Assembly: GCA_038883655.1 (NCBI GenBank)
Contig: JAVZLQ010000002.1
Span: 217,625 to 281,624, forward strand
DNA from: Candidatus Bathyarchaeia archaeon
GTDB lineage: Archaea; Thermoproteota; Bathyarchaeia; Bathyarchaeales; Bathycorpusculaceae
Reading direction: 5' to 3'
Length of the DNA: 64,000 nt
The notes under the pieces were generated by a model. It saw only the letters and a program-made list of their open reading frames with translations. It was not told the DNA's origin and ran no database searches. Position 1 is the first letter of the stretch. Each line of letters begins with the position of its first letter. The translations under genes were made by a program, and so were the position numbers. Positions 48,102 to 57,928 of the stretch are shown here, piece by piece.

Positions 48102-49631
48102 ATGTTCAAGCAAGCATGTTGGAGCGAACCAGTAATATTCAATCTTGGAAGAAGCGAAAGAATAGGGCATGTGCTGCCAACGGCAGAAGAACACGTTAAA
48201 AACACTGTTGGAGACTTAAATGAGGTTATACCGCAGAAGATGAAGCGCACAAGCGCGCCGAGGCTTCCGGAACTTTCAGAGGTTGAAGTTGCCCGCCACT
48301 TCATACGTTTGTCGCAAATGAATTATGGAATTGACTGCGGACTTTACCCGCTTGGGAGCTGCACAATGAAGTACAACCCAAAAATAGCCGAGCAACTTGC
48401 AAGCTTGCCAAAACTTAACATGCTTCACCCATACCAGGACGAGCGCACAATACAGGGAATCCTAGAAATACTCTACAAACTTGAACGTTGGCTCGCAGAA
48501 ATAACAGGCACATACGAAGTTTGCTTAAATCCAGCCGCTGGCGCACACGGCGAGTTTCTGGGCACCTTGCTTATTAGGGCTTACCACAAAATGAAGGGCG
48601 AACTCGAAAAGAGAAGAGAAATAATTGTTCCAGATTCGGCTCACGGCACAAATCCTGCAAGTGCAGCCATGGCTGGATTCAACGTAATCGTTGTGCCGTC
48701 AGATGATGATGGTTGCGTGAGCCTAGGAGCCTTAAAAGCAGCAGTTTCAGAACACACAGCTGGGTTAATGCTTACAAACCCAAACACTTTGGGAATATTT
48801 GAAAAGAACATTGATGAAATAGCTCGAATAATCCACGACGCTGGCGGGCTCCTGTACTACGACGGAGCAAACCTGAACCCGATACTCTGCAAGGTTAGAC
48901 CAGGCGACATGGGCTTCGACATAGTGCACATAAACATTCACAAAACATTCGGCACACCACACGGCGGTGGGGGACCAGGCGCTGGACCAGTAGGCGTTTC
49001 AAAGGAGCTTGCGGAGTTTCTGCCAGTTCCACGAATAGTCTTTGATGGCACTTGGTACCGCCTAGACTATGATAGACCCAATAGTGTTGGGAAAATTAGG
49101 AGCTTTTACGGGAACGTTGCGGTATTGTTGAAGGCTTACGCTTATATTTTAAGCTTGGGCTTTGAGGGGCTAAAAGAGGTCGCTGAAGTTTCTGTTTTAA
49201 ATGCAAATTACTTAATGAAAAAGCTTAAGGAAGTTAGGGGTTTGACGCTTCCATATAACAGCGAAAAGCCAAGAAAACATGAATGTGTTTTCAGCGCCAA
49301 ACAGATGAAAAATGAGACTGGAGTTTCAGCCCTAAACATCGCAAAACGCCTGTTAGATTATGGAATTCACGCACCAACAATTTATTTCCCATTAATAGTT
49401 GATGAAGCCCTAATGATTGAACCAACAGAAACCTTCGAAAAAGAGGAGCTTGACCGCTTCGCCGAGGCTATGCGCAAGATAAGTGAAGAAGCTTACACTA
49501 ATCCAGAAAAAGTGTTAAGAGCGCCGCAAAACACTGCTGTTCCACGCCTAGACGAGGTGAAGGCTTCGCATCCAAGAACAATGGCTTTGAGCTGGCGCAT
49601 GTACCAAAAAAGGATAGAACAGAAGGGGTGA
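48102..49631 (+). CDS. gcvPB: Glycine dehydrogenase subunit 2
   Basis: LGSCTMKYNP, SAHGTNPASA, NIHKTFGTPHGGGGPG. Confidence 0.96.
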   Translation: MFKQACWSEPVIFNLGRSERIGHVLPTAEEHVKNTVGDLNEVIPQKMKRTSAPRLPELSEVEVARHFIRLSQMNYGIDCGLYPLGSCTMKYNPKIAEQLASLPKLNMLHPYQDERTIQGILEILYKLERWLAEITGTYEVCLNPAAGAHGEFLGTLLIRAYHKMKGELEKRREIIVPDSAHGTNPASAAMAGFNVIVVPSDDDGCVSLGALKAAVSEHTAGLMLTNPNTLGIFEKNIDEIARIIHDAGGLLYYDGANLNPILCKVRPGDMGFDIVHINIHKTFGTPHGGGGPGAGPVGVSKELAEFLPVPRIVFDGTWYRLDYDRPNSVGKIRSFYGNVAVLLKAYAYILSLGFEGLKEVAEVSVLNANYLMKKLKEVRGLTLPYNSEKPRKHECVFSAKQMKNETGVSALNIAKRLLDYGIHAPTIYFPLIVDEALMIEPTETFEKEELDRFAEAMRKISEEAYTNPEKVLRAPQNTAVPRLDEVKASHPRTMALSWRMYQKRIEQKG

Positions 49632-49696
49632 TTACAGGGAAACATTTTATATTGCCATTCAGCGCCTTATACGCTCGGAAGCGGATGTGAAAGGGT

Positions 49697-49987
49697 TTGA
49701 CCGAATTAGAAGATAAGGTGCGAGAGGCTGTTGGAAAATTAATCGACCCAGAAACGGGCTTGAGCTTCGCGGAGATGCACATGATAACAAACGTCAAAGA
49801 GGAAGAGCCTGGCGTAGTTAAAGTCGACTTCATACCTTCAAGTCCATTCTGCCCCATAGCTTTCAAACTTGCTGCGGACGTGAAAAACGCAGCGAAGAGC
49901 GTTGCAGGCGTAAAGAAAGCGCTGGTTTATTGTCGCGGACACATGATGGAGCAACAAATAAACGAGATGGTTAACAAGGAAACATAA
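49697..49987 (+). CDS. DUF59/SufT Fe-S cluster assembly protein
   Basis: IDPETG, PSSPFCP. Confidence 0.88.
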   Translation: MTELEDKVREAVGKLIDPETGLSFAEMHMITNVKEEEPGVVKVDFIPSSPFCPIAFKLAADVKNAAKSVAGVKKALVYCRGHMMEQQINEMVNKET

Positions 49988-50014
49988 TGTAACATGTGAG
50001 TCATTGCCAAAAAT

Positions 50015-50914
50015 TTGCGAGAGTTCAACATGAAGGTCAAAGGCGAACATGAAATTTATTGCTGCGGAGCAAGAGTACAAATTTCTGAGAAGGGCATAAG
50101 GCTGTTGACTCAGCCGACAGTTGAATATTGCCCCTTGCACGAAGCACTTTACGGAACAAAGAAAATCAACTCGGAAGCCGTGCGCAAAACTATAGAAAAG
50201 AAGATTAGCGGCTACGGTTTCTGCTGTGAAAGCCGTCTCCTAAACGCTGAGCCGGTTGTGGCTTATGGCACCTCTGAAATGATGCAAGTTTGGCTTGAAA
50301 AAGCGCTTATAGACTGTGCGGTTGTTGTCTGTGAAGGCGCTGGAACAGTTATAACGTCAAACGGAAGGCTTGTGCAGGCAATAGGCGCAAGGTTAACTGG
50401 AATAGTACGCACTTCGCCAATAGAATCAACAATTAAACGTATTGAGGCAAAGGGCGGAAGAGTTCTAAACAAAAATTGTGCACAAATAGACCAAGTTGAA
50501 GGGGTGAAGCAAGCATTTAACATGGGTTTTAAGCGAATTGCGGTGACCATTGCTGGCTTTCAAGCTGAAGCAATAAGTAAGATAAGAAATTTTGAGAGGA
50601 AGACAAAGGCTGATGTTCTAGTGTTTTCCGTATGCAACACATGCGTGGACGATTCTGCTGTGCCACACATAGCCAAGGCGGACATTGCATGTGCAAGCGC
50701 TTCGAAAATACTTCGAGAAAAAATTGCCACAAAAGCACTAATGCAACTCGGCGTAACAATACCAGTCTACGTCCTAACAGACAAGGGAAAAAGACTTGTT
50801 TTGGCATACCTTTCAGAATTTGGAGAAAAGCTCATCATATTCAAGACAAGCAAACTACCCTACAACGTTGAGGGAAAAGGACCTAAGCTTAAGCCTTCAG
50901 ACGATAACCAATAG
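50015..50914 (+). CDS. DUF2099 (methanogenesis marker 8-like) protein
   Basis: YCPL, GTSEM, VVVCEGAGTVI, GIVRTSPI, IDQVEGV, CASASK. Confidence 0.8.
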   Translation: MREFNMKVKGEHEIYCCGARVQISEKGIRLLTQPTVEYCPLHEALYGTKKINSEAVRKTIEKKISGYGFCCESRLLNAEPVVAYGTSEMMQVWLEKALIDCAVVVCEGAGTVITSNGRLVQAIGARLTGIVRTSPIESTIKRIEAKGGRVLNKNCAQIDQVEGVKQAFNMGFKRIAVTIAGFQAEAISKIRNFERKTKADVLVFSVCNTCVDDSAVPHIAKADIACASASKILREKIATKALMQLGVTIPVYVLTDKGKRLVLAYLSEFGEKLIIFKTSKLPYNVEGKGPKLKPSDDNQ

Positions 50915-50964
50915 ATTTTTAAGTTTCAGTTTATCTCTGTGATGTTCTTTCAGCTGGTGCGTTT

Positions 50965-52062
50965 ATGGTTGACCATAGAATTGAAAAACTTGCGAAGCTT
51001 TCTGTTCAATATAGTGTTGCAGTTAAACCAAAAGAAAAAGTGCTAATAATTGGAAGCGTGGAAGCAGCACCCCTAATAAACGAGTTATACAAAGAGTGCT
51101 TGTTAAGCGACGCCTACCCCATGATCATGCCACAGCTGGAAACAGACTACACATTCTACAAATACGCAAAAGAACATCAACTAACATACGTCTCGCCATT
51201 CGAAAAATTCCTAATCGAAAACATCGACGTGCAAATAGGCATTTTCTGCGAGCCAAACCCAAAGAGACTAACCAACATAAACCCTACAAAAATGAGGATA
51301 CGCGCAGCCTCAAGAAAAGAACTAGCGGAAATAAGAATTAAAAGGGAGGCTGAAGGGAAACTCCGCTGGACACTCCTACCATACCCAATTCCTGCTCAAG
51401 CGCAAGAGGCTGCCATGGCTTTGGCTGAATACGAAGACTTTGTTTATGGCAGCTGTCTCGTCGATAAGGAAGACCCTGTTGCAGAGTGGAAACGCATACA
51501 TGACGAGCAAGAGAGAATCTGCAGTTTCTTGAACTCAATAGAGGAAATTCGCTTTGTTGGAGAAGACACAGACCTAAAAATGAGCGTTAAGGGTAGGAAA
51601 TGGATAAACTGTAGCGGAGAAAAGAACATGCCAGACGGAGAGGTCTTCACCGGACCTGTTGAAAATTCCGCGAACGGCACGATAAGGTTTACTTTTCCAG
51701 GAATATATGGTGGCAGAGAAATCGAGGACGTGAGGCTCACGTTTGAGGATGGAAAAGTTGTCAAGGCTTCAGCTTCTAAAGGCGAAGAATTCTTAAAAGA
51801 GATTCTAAAGGTTGAAGGTGCGGATCGTATAGGCGAAATCGCCATTGGAACAAACTACGCAATAACAAGGTTTACAAAGAACATGCTCTTCGACGAAAAA
51901 ATGGGCGGAACAATTCACATGGCTCTTGGAATGTCAATCCCAGAATCAGGTGGCATAAATGTCTCGGCTGTTCATTGGGATATTCTTAAGGATATGAAGA
52001 GGGACGGCGAAATCTACGCGGACGGCAAACTCTTCTACAAAAACGGCAAATTCCTAATATAA
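50965..52062 (+). CDS. M29 aminopeptidase
   Basis: NMPDGEVFTGP, GEIAIG, LFDEK.GGTIH.ALG, SAVHWD. Confidence 0.93.
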   Translation: MVDHRIEKLAKLSVQYSVAVKPKEKVLIIGSVEAAPLINELYKECLLSDAYPMIMPQLETDYTFYKYAKEHQLTYVSPFEKFLIENIDVQIGIFCEPNPKRLTNINPTKMRIRAASRKELAEIRIKREAEGKLRWTLLPYPIPAQAQEAAMALAEYEDFVYGSCLVDKEDPVAEWKRIHDEQERICSFLNSIEEIRFVGEDTDLKMSVKGRKWINCSGEKNMPDGEVFTGPVENSANGTIRFTFPGIYGGREIEDVRLTFEDGKVVKASASKGEEFLKEILKVEGADRIGEIAIGTNYAITRFTKNMLFDEKMGGTIHMALGMSIPESGGINVSAVHWDILKDMKRDGEIYADGKLFYKNGKFLI

Positions 52063-52134
52063 AGCATGATTCAATTTTAAGCTATAATCTATAACCAACA
52101 GCAATGACCATCTCTACAGCAAAGGAGACTCTAA

Positions 52135-53439
52135 ATGAGGAAAGAAAAAATCAAAGAATCAACGCTTACAGGTTTAGGGAAAGTCTTTTTTAATTTAAGC
52201 CTTTTCCAATTCTTAACCTTTGTCAGAAGAGGTGTATTCTACACTTTCATGATAAACTATCTCTACATGCTGATGGGAACCGTTACGTCAACGGCGGCCC
52301 TTGGAACGCTTAACATGTTTGCCTCTGGCTTGGGGCAGAACTTGTTGTGGGGAAAAATAAGTGACCGTTACAAATTGAGGTCTAAGCTTGTTATTACTGG
52401 CGAAACCATAGCGGCTTTCGCCTACATAGCAGTATTTCTGGTGCACAAGTCTTTTATCGACGTTGGAAATGGTGTTGCCGCTGGCTTAACAATAATCTTC
52501 GGATTATCCGTCCTCGAATTCTTCTGGTCCATGTCAGACGTTGGGTGGGCTGCGCTTTTAACTGATGTTACAACGCCCGAAGTTCGTGGAAAAGTTGTTG
52601 GGGTATTAAACTTTATTGCTTCGTTGGGTAGGATGGTCGGCATCTTTTTCGCTGGATACTTATACTTTGAGGGTGAGGGCTTCAAAAATGGGACAATATT
52701 CTTCGTAGTGACAACTCTGCTTTTTGTAGGCGCAGTGATAATGGCTTTGGTTTCAAGACGAGAAAAGGCAAAAACCGCTTCTATTCCGATTGCCCGAAAA
52801 CATGAAAAACATGAAAGCGAGTTTTATGGTGAAAATGAGAGGACTTACAAGTGGTTTCTTGCATCCCTAATAATTATTGTTTTGGGTATGGCGTCAATAA
52901 ATCAAATCTTCCTCCTATTCCTGGAGCTTCCAGAAGGCTTAGGCGCACAAAGCCAGGAAATGAGCATCATACTCTCTGCATGGACTGCCGGCGGGATGAT
53001 TGCAAGCTTAACCTCTGGAAGCCTAGCAGATAAGGTTGGAAGAGCTAAAGCAATAGTTTTGGGGCTTTTTTTAGCCATTTTCACGCCATTATCTTATGGA
53101 TATGCAAGAAGTGTGCCTTTAATGGCTCTTGTTTACGGCTTAAACGGTGTTGCATTCTGGACTGTCCAAACGGTTGGCTTTGCTCTTGCCGGCGATTTAA
53201 TCCCAGAACATAGAAGAGGACGCTTGTTTGGGCGATATAACACGGTTATGGCGTTAAGCTGGGGACCAGCCGGACTTTTCGTTGGAGGACCGTTCGCAGA
53301 TTTTCAGGTCAACTTTCTCGGAATGCCGAAAAGCATAGCGTACATTAACGCCTTTTATCTCTCTTCAATAATTGTTGCTTTGGGTACCGCGCTTTTCATT
53401 GCCAAAATAGTATTTAAATTCAAAACTGTGCAATATTAA
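52135..53439 (+). CDS. MFS transporter
   Basis: GKISDR, GSLADKVGR, about 12 TM. Confidence 0.9.
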   Translation: MRKEKIKESTLTGLGKVFFNLSLFQFLTFVRRGVFYTFMINYLYMLMGTVTSTAALGTLNMFASGLGQNLLWGKISDRYKLRSKLVITGETIAAFAYIAVFLVHKSFIDVGNGVAAGLTIIFGLSVLEFFWSMSDVGWAALLTDVTTPEVRGKVVGVLNFIASLGRMVGIFFAGYLYFEGEGFKNGTIFFVVTTLLFVGAVIMALVSRREKAKTASIPIARKHEKHESEFYGENERTYKWFLASLIIIVLGMASINQIFLLFLELPEGLGAQSQEMSIILSAWTAGGMIASLTSGSLADKVGRAKAIVLGLFLAIFTPLSYGYARSVPLMALVYGLNGVAFWTVQTVGFALAGDLIPEHRRGRLFGRYNTVMALSWGPAGLFVGGPFADFQVNFLGMPKSIAYINAFYLSSIIVALGTALFIAKIVFKFKTVQY

Positions 53440-53467
53440 CAGCAAAAACTAGAGGGGGTAGCCAATA

Positions 53468-53956
53468 TTGGAGTTTCGAACAGTTAAAATTGATGTTCCA
53501 GAGGGCTGCAACGTTATTTTGGGCATGGCGCACTTCATAAAAACCGTTGAAGATTTGTATGAGGCTATGGTAAACGCAGTTCCAAATGTAAAGTTTGGTA
53601 TAGGGTTTTGCGAAAGTTCTGGTCCTTGCCTTGTCCGCCATGAAGGAAATGATGAGGAGCTTAGGCAGTTAGCAGCCAAAAAAGCCTACGAAATTGCTTG
53701 TGGACACAGTTTCATAATATTCATGAAAAACGCCTATCCAATAAACGTCCTAGACAAAATAAAAAGAGTGCCGGAAGTATGCACAATTTATGCTGCAACG
53801 GCGAACCCGTTAGAAGTTATAATTGCAGAGACAGAGCAGGGAAGGGGTATAATAGGCGTAATAGACGGCTTAAAAAGTAAGGGAATAGAAAACGAAAACG
53901 ACATAAAAGCGCGGAAGGAGTTTCTGCGAAAAATAGGTTACAAACTTGATCCGTAA
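53468..53956 (+). CDS. DUF355 adenosine-specific kinase family protein
   Basis: [32 protein letters not shown]. Confidence 0.88.
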   Translation: MEFRTVKIDVPEGCNVILGMAHFIKTVEDLYEAMVNAVPNVKFGIGFCESSGPCLVRHEGNDEELRQLAAKKAYEIACGHSFIIFMKNAYPINVLDKIKRVPEVCTIYAATANPLEVIIAETEQGRGIIGVIDGLKSKGIENENDIKARKEFLRKIGYKLDP

Positions 53957-53962
53957 AAAGAG

Positions 53963-54270
53963 CGCCGCAGGGTGAAGTTGCCCCGCGAGGTTTGGCGGTA
54001 TTAAATGTCCTATTCAGCTTTTGACTTGCGTTTATCTACGTACTATTAACTCGTGTTGAAATTCCATTGGAGGTTTTTCTCTCATCTTGACTGCTGCGTA
54101 GGCGACAAGCTTCTTAAACTGCCTTTCATTTAGAATGTTTCGCGCCCGTGACAAAATTTCTAGGCAAACTTCTTTAAAAACAAGGTCTGCACAGCCCATT
54201 TTTGCATCGTCAATAAGTTCTTTGCAAGCTTGAAGGATTTGCTCGTTCAAGGCAACTTCACCCTGCAGCA
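53963..54270 (-). repeat. Long-range inverted repeat (53963-53982 / 54251-54270) bracketing a small gene
   Basis: 16-bp exact core GCAGGGTGAAGTTGCC; 20/20 pairing on minus-strand RNA with two G.U pairs. Confidence 0.85.
54032..54250 (-). CDS. Small hypothetical protein, 72 aa (TTG 54250 preferred over track start 54271)
   Basis: GGGTGA SD upstream of TTG; MNEQILQACKELIDDAKMGCADLVFKEVCLEIL... Confidence 0.75.
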   Translation of the reverse strand: MNEQILQACKELIDDAKMGCADLVFKEVCLEILSRARNILNERQFKKLVAYAAVKMREKPPMEFQHELIVRR

Positions 54271-54445
54271 AATAACTTAACTCAGAAACATTAAAACACT
54301 TATGAATTCAAAAACAATATTACAAATCCAAATTTCAAAAGCAGTTCACGCAATTTTTTGTATGACCCGATACACAAGGAACAAACCAAGGGCAAACGAC
54401 ATGATGGATAAGACCGCAAGCGCTCGTTACGTGCTTTTTGTAACG

Positions 54446-54565
54446 TTAAGATTTTGTAAGCTTCATTGGTTTTCCACAGCAGACAAGTGTTCCCTTTCCA
54501 GCTTCGATGACTTTTACTTTGTTGCCGCATATTTCACAAAGGTAAATTTCTCCAACCTTCGTCAT
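54446..54565 (-). CDS. Desulforedoxin-like Fe(Cys)4 protein, 39 aa
   Basis: Manual translation [39 protein letters not shown]; GGAGGTGA SD. Confidence 0.9.
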   Translation of the reverse strand: MTKVGEIYLCEICGNKVKVIEAGKGTLVCCGKPMKLTKS

Positions 54566-54654
54566 AGTTTCACCTCCGTTTGTGTGCTGACAGACCTAAA
54601 ACTATTAGTGTGAGCTTTTGGCTTATTAATGGCGCTTGCGGTGCTGGTGTTTTG

Positions 54655-55527
54655 ATGAGCACGACGGATGAGACGCGCTTAATTGAAGAGAGCAGAAGGC
54701 AGATAATTGCGCAGATGGAGAAGCTCAAGAGTAGAATGGAGAAGGTTAGGCATAAAATCGCTGTTATAAGCGGGAAAGGGGGCGTTGGAAAGAGCACCGT
54801 CACAGTGAATTTAGCCGTAGCCTTCGCCGTTCATGGACACGCCAACCGCGTCGGCATATTAGACGCAGACATCCACGGACCAAGTGTGCCAAAAATTCTG
54901 GGCTTAGCTGGACAAAGATTGCAAGCTGGTCCGCCTGGGGTTTTTCCAGTTTTGGGTTCCTTGGGCATAAAGGTTGTTTCTATGGATTTTTTGTTGCCAG
55001 ACGAGAATGCGCCTGTCATTTGGCGTGGACCATTGAAAATGACGGCTATACGGCAATTTCTATCAGACATTGTTTGGGGTGAGCTTGACATACTGCTTAT
55101 TGATTTGCCTCCTGGAACTGGTGATGAACCCTTGAGCATTGCGCAGTTGCTGCCAGAACTTGACGGCGTGATCATCGTTACCATTCCATCTGAAGTTTCA
55201 CAGATGGTCGTTAAGAAGGCTGTTACTTTTTCGAGAAGGCTTGGAATGCCAATTATAGGCGTTATTGAAAACATGAGCGGGTTTGTTTGTCCAAACTGCG
55301 GCGCGAAGGTTGACATTTTCCAGTCTGGCGGAGGAATGAAAATAGCTGAAGAGTTGGCTATACCTTTTCTTGGGAGCATACCAATAGACCAGAAAATCAG
55401 CGAGGCTTCTGACAAGGGCACGCCTTTCATAGTTGAGCATGCCGATTCTCCAGCGTCAAAGGCTTTCATGGAAATAGTGAAAAAGGTTGAAGGATTCCTA
55501 AAAAATAGAGAAAAAGCGCAGGGATAG
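54655..55527 (+). CDS. Mrp/NBP35 Fe-S cluster carrier ATPase
   Basis: SGKGGVGKST, DADIHGPS, WRGP, DLPPGTGD, ENMSGFVCPNC. Confidence 0.93.
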   Translation: MSTTDETRLIEESRRQIIAQMEKLKSRMEKVRHKIAVISGKGGVGKSTVTVNLAVAFAVHGHANRVGILDADIHGPSVPKILGLAGQRLQAGPPGVFPVLGSLGIKVVSMDFLLPDENAPVIWRGPLKMTAIRQFLSDIVWGELDILLIDLPPGTGDEPLSIAQLLPELDGVIIVTIPSEVSQMVVKKAVTFSRRLGMPIIGVIENMSGFVCPNCGAKVDIFQSGGGMKIAEELAIPFLGSIPIDQKISEASDKGTPFIVEHADSPASKAFMEIVKKVEGFLKNREKAQG

Positions 55528-55534
55528 GCGCCAG

Positions 55535-55966
55535 ATGAACGGGAAGGGCGAAGTGCGCTTCATAGGAGTTGTGGAAAAAGCTGGCGAGCAAGAAGCCATA
55601 ATAACTGTTTTTCCAGAATTCTGCGCTGGATTAAAGGGAATAGAAGAGTTTTCACACTTAATCGTTCTGTACTGGATTCATTTGCGCGACGAGGAAAAGG
55701 AAAGACGGACATTGCTTGTTTTTCCAAGGAGGCATGCGGTTAACGTTGAAGTTGGGGTTTTCGCGTGTAGAAGTCCATCGCGTCCAAATCCTATAGGCCT
55801 GTGCGTTGTTGAATTGGTTAGGGTTGAGGACTGCAAACTAATTGTTAGTGGTCTCGACGCTTTTGAGGGTTCGCCAATAATTGACGTTAAGCCTTACATT
55901 CCACGGGCTGATGCCGTTCTAAACGCGCGTGCCCCAGAATGGACTTGGCATGGACCAAAAACATAA
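55535..55966 (+). CDS. tsaA: TsaA/TrmO-family SAM-binding tRNA methyltransferase
   Basis: GVFACRSPSRPNPIGL, GLDAFEGSPIIDVKPY. Confidence 0.88.
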   Translation: MNGKGEVRFIGVVEKAGEQEAIITVFPEFCAGLKGIEEFSHLIVLYWIHLRDEEKERRTLLVFPRRHAVNVEVGVFACRSPSRPNPIGLCVVELVRVEDCKLIVSGLDAFEGSPIIDVKPYIPRADAVLNARAPEWTWHGPKT

Positions 55967-55973
55967 TTGACGG

Positions 55974-56324
55974 TTAATACCTACTCTCACAGTCGAAGCA
56001 CAAGTCCGTTTGCCTATTCGTCCAGAACGTTTTGCCACATCTTACGCATCTAACTTTGTGCAGCAACCCTTTCTCTTCGGTCTTCACAAAAGCCAATGCG
56101 GATTCTCTTCTTGGGAAACTTATGGCTTTATTATGGCATAGAGGTTCGCATGCAGTGCAGCCGTTAACGCACTTGTGTGGATTTGCAACTATGGCTTTTC
56201 CATCTTGGAAGGCGAAAACACCTTGTGGACAGAACTCCACGCACCGCGGCTTCCCGATTTTTACGCACCCATCACACTTTTCTGGGAAAATTGTTGGGTA
56301 CCAGGCGCCACATGCCTTTGCCAT
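55974..56324 (-). CDS. 4Fe-4S ferredoxin with C-terminal Zn ribbon
   Basis: CDGC..CVEFCP, CVNGCTACEPLC, CVRC..CFDC. Confidence 0.85.
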   Translation of the reverse strand: MAKACGAWYPTIFPEKCDGCVKIGKPRCVEFCPQGVFAFQDGKAIVANPHKCVNGCTACEPLCHNKAISFPRRESALAFVKTEEKGLLHKVRCVRCGKTFWTNRQTDLCFDCESRY

Positions 56325-56525
56325 TTATCTTTCGCCTTTAAGGCTTTTTCTGCAGTCAAGGCAATATTCTGTTTCAAAATTTGCCAGAAAAGTTTTGCCA
56401 CGTCTCTTGCACGCAACTTCTTTAAGCATGGCACCCTTAATGGGCGAAACAGTCTTTAGGATGTCCGCTGCTGCTTGAGAACACGCACAAGGCGAACTTG
56501 TCTCGGCTTCTTTATTCCTTGACAT
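56325..56525 (-). CDS. Small Cys-rich Zn-ribbon-like protein
   Basis: CAC; CKRRGKTF..N...YCLDC resembles the ferredoxin tail. Confidence 0.6.
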   Translation of the reverse strand: MSRNKEAETSSPCACSQAAADILKTVSPIKGAMLKEVACKRRGKTFLANFETEYCLDCRKSLKGER

Positions 56526-56528
56526 TTT

Positions 56529-57584
56529 CTACAGCGACCCGGACAGCATGCCGTATAAAAGTCCAAAGATTACGCTGCCAGCCCACGCAATTAGCATGTA
56601 TGTTAGAACTACCTTCCATTTTGCAATCTTTGAAACTGCAAGCGCGTTTGCAACATCGTATGGCTGTCCCATAAGCCAAGAAAGAAGTGCCCCCCTAGAC
56701 ATGCCAAGCTCAAGCATCCCTTTACCAAGTGCAATTTCCACAAGCGTCGGAGTGTAAAGCGGACCGCCTATAACAGACGCGATTAACACGCCCGTGAAAC
56801 CAGTTAGATACGCGCCAACAATGTCTTCTGGAAGGTAAGCCTGAACATAGCTGACAGCAATCAGCCCCAAAATGAAGAATGGCAAAATTTGTTTCGCAAG
56901 ATAAGCTGCAAATTTCAGCGAAGCAAGCAACCTCTCATCTAGTGGCGGCTTTACTATTTCCACCGCTGCCTGCACGTTTAAACTGCCAATTTGATGCTCT
57001 TTTTCTATGGCTTTCCCCCAAGGAGTTCGCGAAATGATTATTCCAGCAGCAAGCGCAACAACCATGGAAACTATTATGCGTACGCCAGCAACCTCCCAAG
57101 ATATCATTTCTCCAGTAAGCAAAATGGAAAGTATGTTGGCGGCTGGAGCCATAAGCAAGAAGGTTATTGCTGGGCCTATTCCAGCGCCCGCGTATAGGAC
57201 CCCAGCAAATAATGGAACCATGGTGCATGAACAGACCGTCAAGAAAGGCGCAATTCCAAGGGCAATTCCATAGCCAACAACTTTTCCGCTGCTCATGTAT
57301 TTTGTTATTGCCTCTTTTGGCACAAACTCGTAGATTAGGCCAGCGGTTGTAAATGCGAATAGGAGACAAATCGTTCCGTGACTGAAGTAGTCGATGAGGT
57401 ATATTATTGGGATTTGCCATACTGGCAATCCACGTAAGTCAACGGGTTTCGATTGGGGTGCAAACGAGTATGCCATTATGCGACTGTAAATTAAGAGTGC
57501 TACTACTATGGCGATGAATGTTAAAATTATGCTTGTCTTGATTTTTCTGATGATCTCTTCGTCCATACGTTTTAGCCTTCTCAC
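56529..57584 (-). CDS. DUF318/ArsP-family permease
   Basis: TVCSCTMVP, AITFLLMAP, GGPLY, multi-TM. Confidence 0.85.
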   Translation of the reverse strand: MRRLKRMDEEIIRKIKTSIILTFIAIVVALLIYSRIMAYSFAPQSKPVDLRGLPVWQIPIIYLIDYFSHGTICLLFAFTTAGLIYEFVPKEAITKYMSSGKVVGYGIALGIAPFLTVCSCTMVPLFAGVLYAGAGIGPAITFLLMAPAANILSILLTGEMISWEVAGVRIIVSMVVALAAGIIISRTPWGKAIEKEHQIGSLNVQAAVEIVKPPLDERLLASLKFAAYLAKQILPFFILGLIAVSYVQAYLPEDIVGAYLTGFTGVLIASVIGGPLYTPTLVEIALGKGMLELGMSRGALLSWLMGQPYDVANALAVSKIAKWKVVLTYMLIAWAGSVIFGLLYGMLSGSL

Positions 57585-57853
57585 TTTGCAGCTTCTCTCA
57601 AAAGCCTTTCCAACTCGTCCTCGCTTGGAACTCTGCCCATAATCTTGACAACACCGTTGATGGCTATTGCTGGAGAAACCAAAACACCATACTTTTGCGC
57701 CGTGTCCTTCGAGATTATGTTTACCTTTTCAACCGTGACTGGTACACCAGCAGCCTTTAGCTTTTCCGCTGTTTTTTCCACAACCTTCTTTGCCGCGTGA
57801 CAACGCACACACGGCGGCTCAGGTCCAATAACTTCGACTTTTACTTCTTTCAT
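57581..57853 (-). CDS. Small thioredoxin-fold redox protein (MTH895-like)
   Basis: PPCVRC, YGVLVSPAIAING, GRVPS. Confidence 0.9.
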   Translation of the reverse strand: MKEVKVEVIGPEPPCVRCHAAKKVVEKTAEKLKAAGVPVTVEKVNIISKDTAQKYGVLVSPAIAINGVVKIMGRVPSEDELERLLREAAK

Positions 57854-57888
57854 TTCTGATTCACCAAGTAGGCATGGTAAGTTTATAG

Positions 57889-57904
57889 CAATATTTAAAT
57901 ATTG
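57889..57904. promoter_or_regulatory. Palindromic operator CAATATTTAAATATTG (copy 1), likely ArsR site
   Basis: Perfect palindrome between divergent genes; identical copy at 58672. Confidence 0.8.
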
Positions 57905-57928
57905 TTATAAGCTTTACCTTGAACACAC

